A stretch of 63,924 nucleotides of DNA, the filler included, from Octopus bimaculoides (lineage: Eukaryota), in the NCBI RefSeq assembly GCF_001194135.2. It is 9 parts of 7 records of this genome, joined end to end, with 100 filler letters (N's around TTAATTAATTAA, not from the genome) between each part and the next. Parts side by side here need not be neighbours in the genome. Positions count along the whole stretch, not along the records: positions 52,460 to 62,600 come from NC_068981.1; positions 62,701 to 63,924 come from NC_068990.1; 7 more parts are not named here. One strand, given 5' to 3'. The first letter of the stretch is position 1. Every line of letters starts with the position of its first letter. Both the position numbers and the translations under genes were made by a program. Positions 62,533-63,924 of this stretch are shown here, piece by piece. The notes beneath the pieces were generated by a model. It was given only the letters and a program-made list of their open reading frames with translations, had not been told where the DNA came from and searched no databases.

Positions 62533-63128
62533 ATATGTATGTATGTATGTATATGTGTGTGTATGTATATAAACGTATATACATATATATATATATACAT
62601 NNNNNNNNNNNNNNNNNNNNNNNNNNNNNNNNNNNNNNNNNNNNTTAATTAATTAANNNNNNNNNNNNNNNNNNNNNNNNNNNNNNNNNNNNNNNNNNNN
62701 TATATATTAGATTATTAGATGTGTGTGTGTGTGTCTAAGTAGTGATGTAATATAGTCCCTTCAAATTACATGAGGTTATCGTATATCATCGTAATCATAA
62801 ATATAATCGCTTAGTGTTCTATGATAATTAAAAGTTCAAATATATGTATGTTTGCATTCAATTATAGCTTAATTCTCACTGCGTAATAGATATTTATCCA
62901 TCCTAAGTATCTCGAGGCCTTCATGTGTACATTAACGACACCCTTGTCGATTACCTTGGTAGAGTGTGGCTGAATAAACACACACACACACACTTATTCT
63001 TACATATATACACATATATACAGTTGTGTGTGCATGCGCGTGCGTGATGGCTGTCCACTTATAAGAACATCACACTCTGACAAATTTATACTTTACACTT
63101 GTAGGTCTGCTGATGAGTAATGAGATCA

Positions 63129-63189
<61 letters not shown>

Positions 63190-63924
63190 GCTTGAAATGG
63201 GAAGTAAATAAACAGCCGGCAACTGATGAAGGGTCTTTCGTTGTGTTAATTTGTCCTGTTTTCCATTTTTTTTCTCGTTGTTTACGCATTTAACTCGTTT
63301 GTTTACGTATTTCATGTNNNNNNNNNNNNNNNNNNNNNNNNNNNNNNNNNNNNNNNNNNNNNNNNNNNNNNNNNNNNNNNNNNNNNNNNNNNNNNNNNNN
63401 NNNNNNNNNNNNNNNNNTATGTGTGTGTGTGTGTGTGTGTGTGTGTATACAAATATTAATTGACTATATGTGTGAGTGTGTGTGTGAGTGTGTGAGTGTG
63501 TGTGTAACTATATTTACACACATACATAATAGTTAATTCATTGGCTGTATTTATTTAGTGAAACATTCTTAATTAAATTATGAGTGTAAGGTGTGAGTGT
63601 GGGGAGGAGGTATAGGACTAAGAAGGATAGAGTAAGGGACAGTGAGGAGGAGGGAGAGGGTGTGTATGTATGTGTATGTCTCTCTCTCTTTCCGGCTTCC
63701 TCTTTCTTTAGCACCACCTCCCCCCCATTATGTCGTCCATAAATAAGCTCCCCCCCCCTCTCTTACGCCCTATCTTTCCCTTTCTTTCCTCTGCTGGGTT
63801 CTAACACATAGGGAACCGCGGCATGTCCCTACATTTAAATCCGTACACGTATTATATACACGCACACTCACACATACATACGTTAGGGGGCGCGTACACA
63901 CAAACATACACACAAGTGTAAGAG

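Noticed and set aside
1558-63463. Dozens of ORFs rich in CV, YI, HT, poly-N, poly-I or X
   Set aside because: They are translations of (GT)n, (AT)n, (AAT)n microsatellites or of N gaps, with no coding signal.
1-63924. CRISPR array, rRNA or genuine tRNA genes
   Set aside because: No repeat-spacer structure or rRNA sequence is present. The tRNA-like box A/B segments all belong to multi-copy SINE heads.

Overview
Animal genomic DNA from a gappy draft assembly: AT-rich, saturated with microsatellites and with many N gaps. The SINE/RTE repeat landscape resembles a coleoid cephalopod such as Octopus (inference from recalled repeat families, not a search). Eight artificial N44-TTAATTAATTAA-N44 linkers cut the window into nine segments that may not be true neighbours. 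Supported host genes are (1) an intact, intronless, divergent histone H2B (24385-24774 +), (2) one internal exon of a polypeptide GalNAc-transferase with the DxH motif (33932-34109 -, absent from the ORF track) and (3) the probable first coding exon of a lipoxygenase (PLAT domain plus start of the catalytic domain, 40879-41367 +). The rest is mostly decayed mobile DNA: mariner, Tigger/pogo, a hAT MITE, R4/Dong, RTE, CR1/L2, Penelope-like, a Gypsy integrase with its LTR, and tRNA-derived SINEs. The most notable non-genic items are a minimal hammerhead-ribozyme fold with a compensatory U3-A8 core (1755-1803), a ~1 kb foldback carrying two divergent hammerhead-like motifs (55995-57030), and a CpG-rich YY1/NRF1/ETS promoter-like cassette inside a hAT element (36132-36500). 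There is no CRISPR array, rRNA or convincing tRNA gene, and no multi-gene novel system can be supported from this window.
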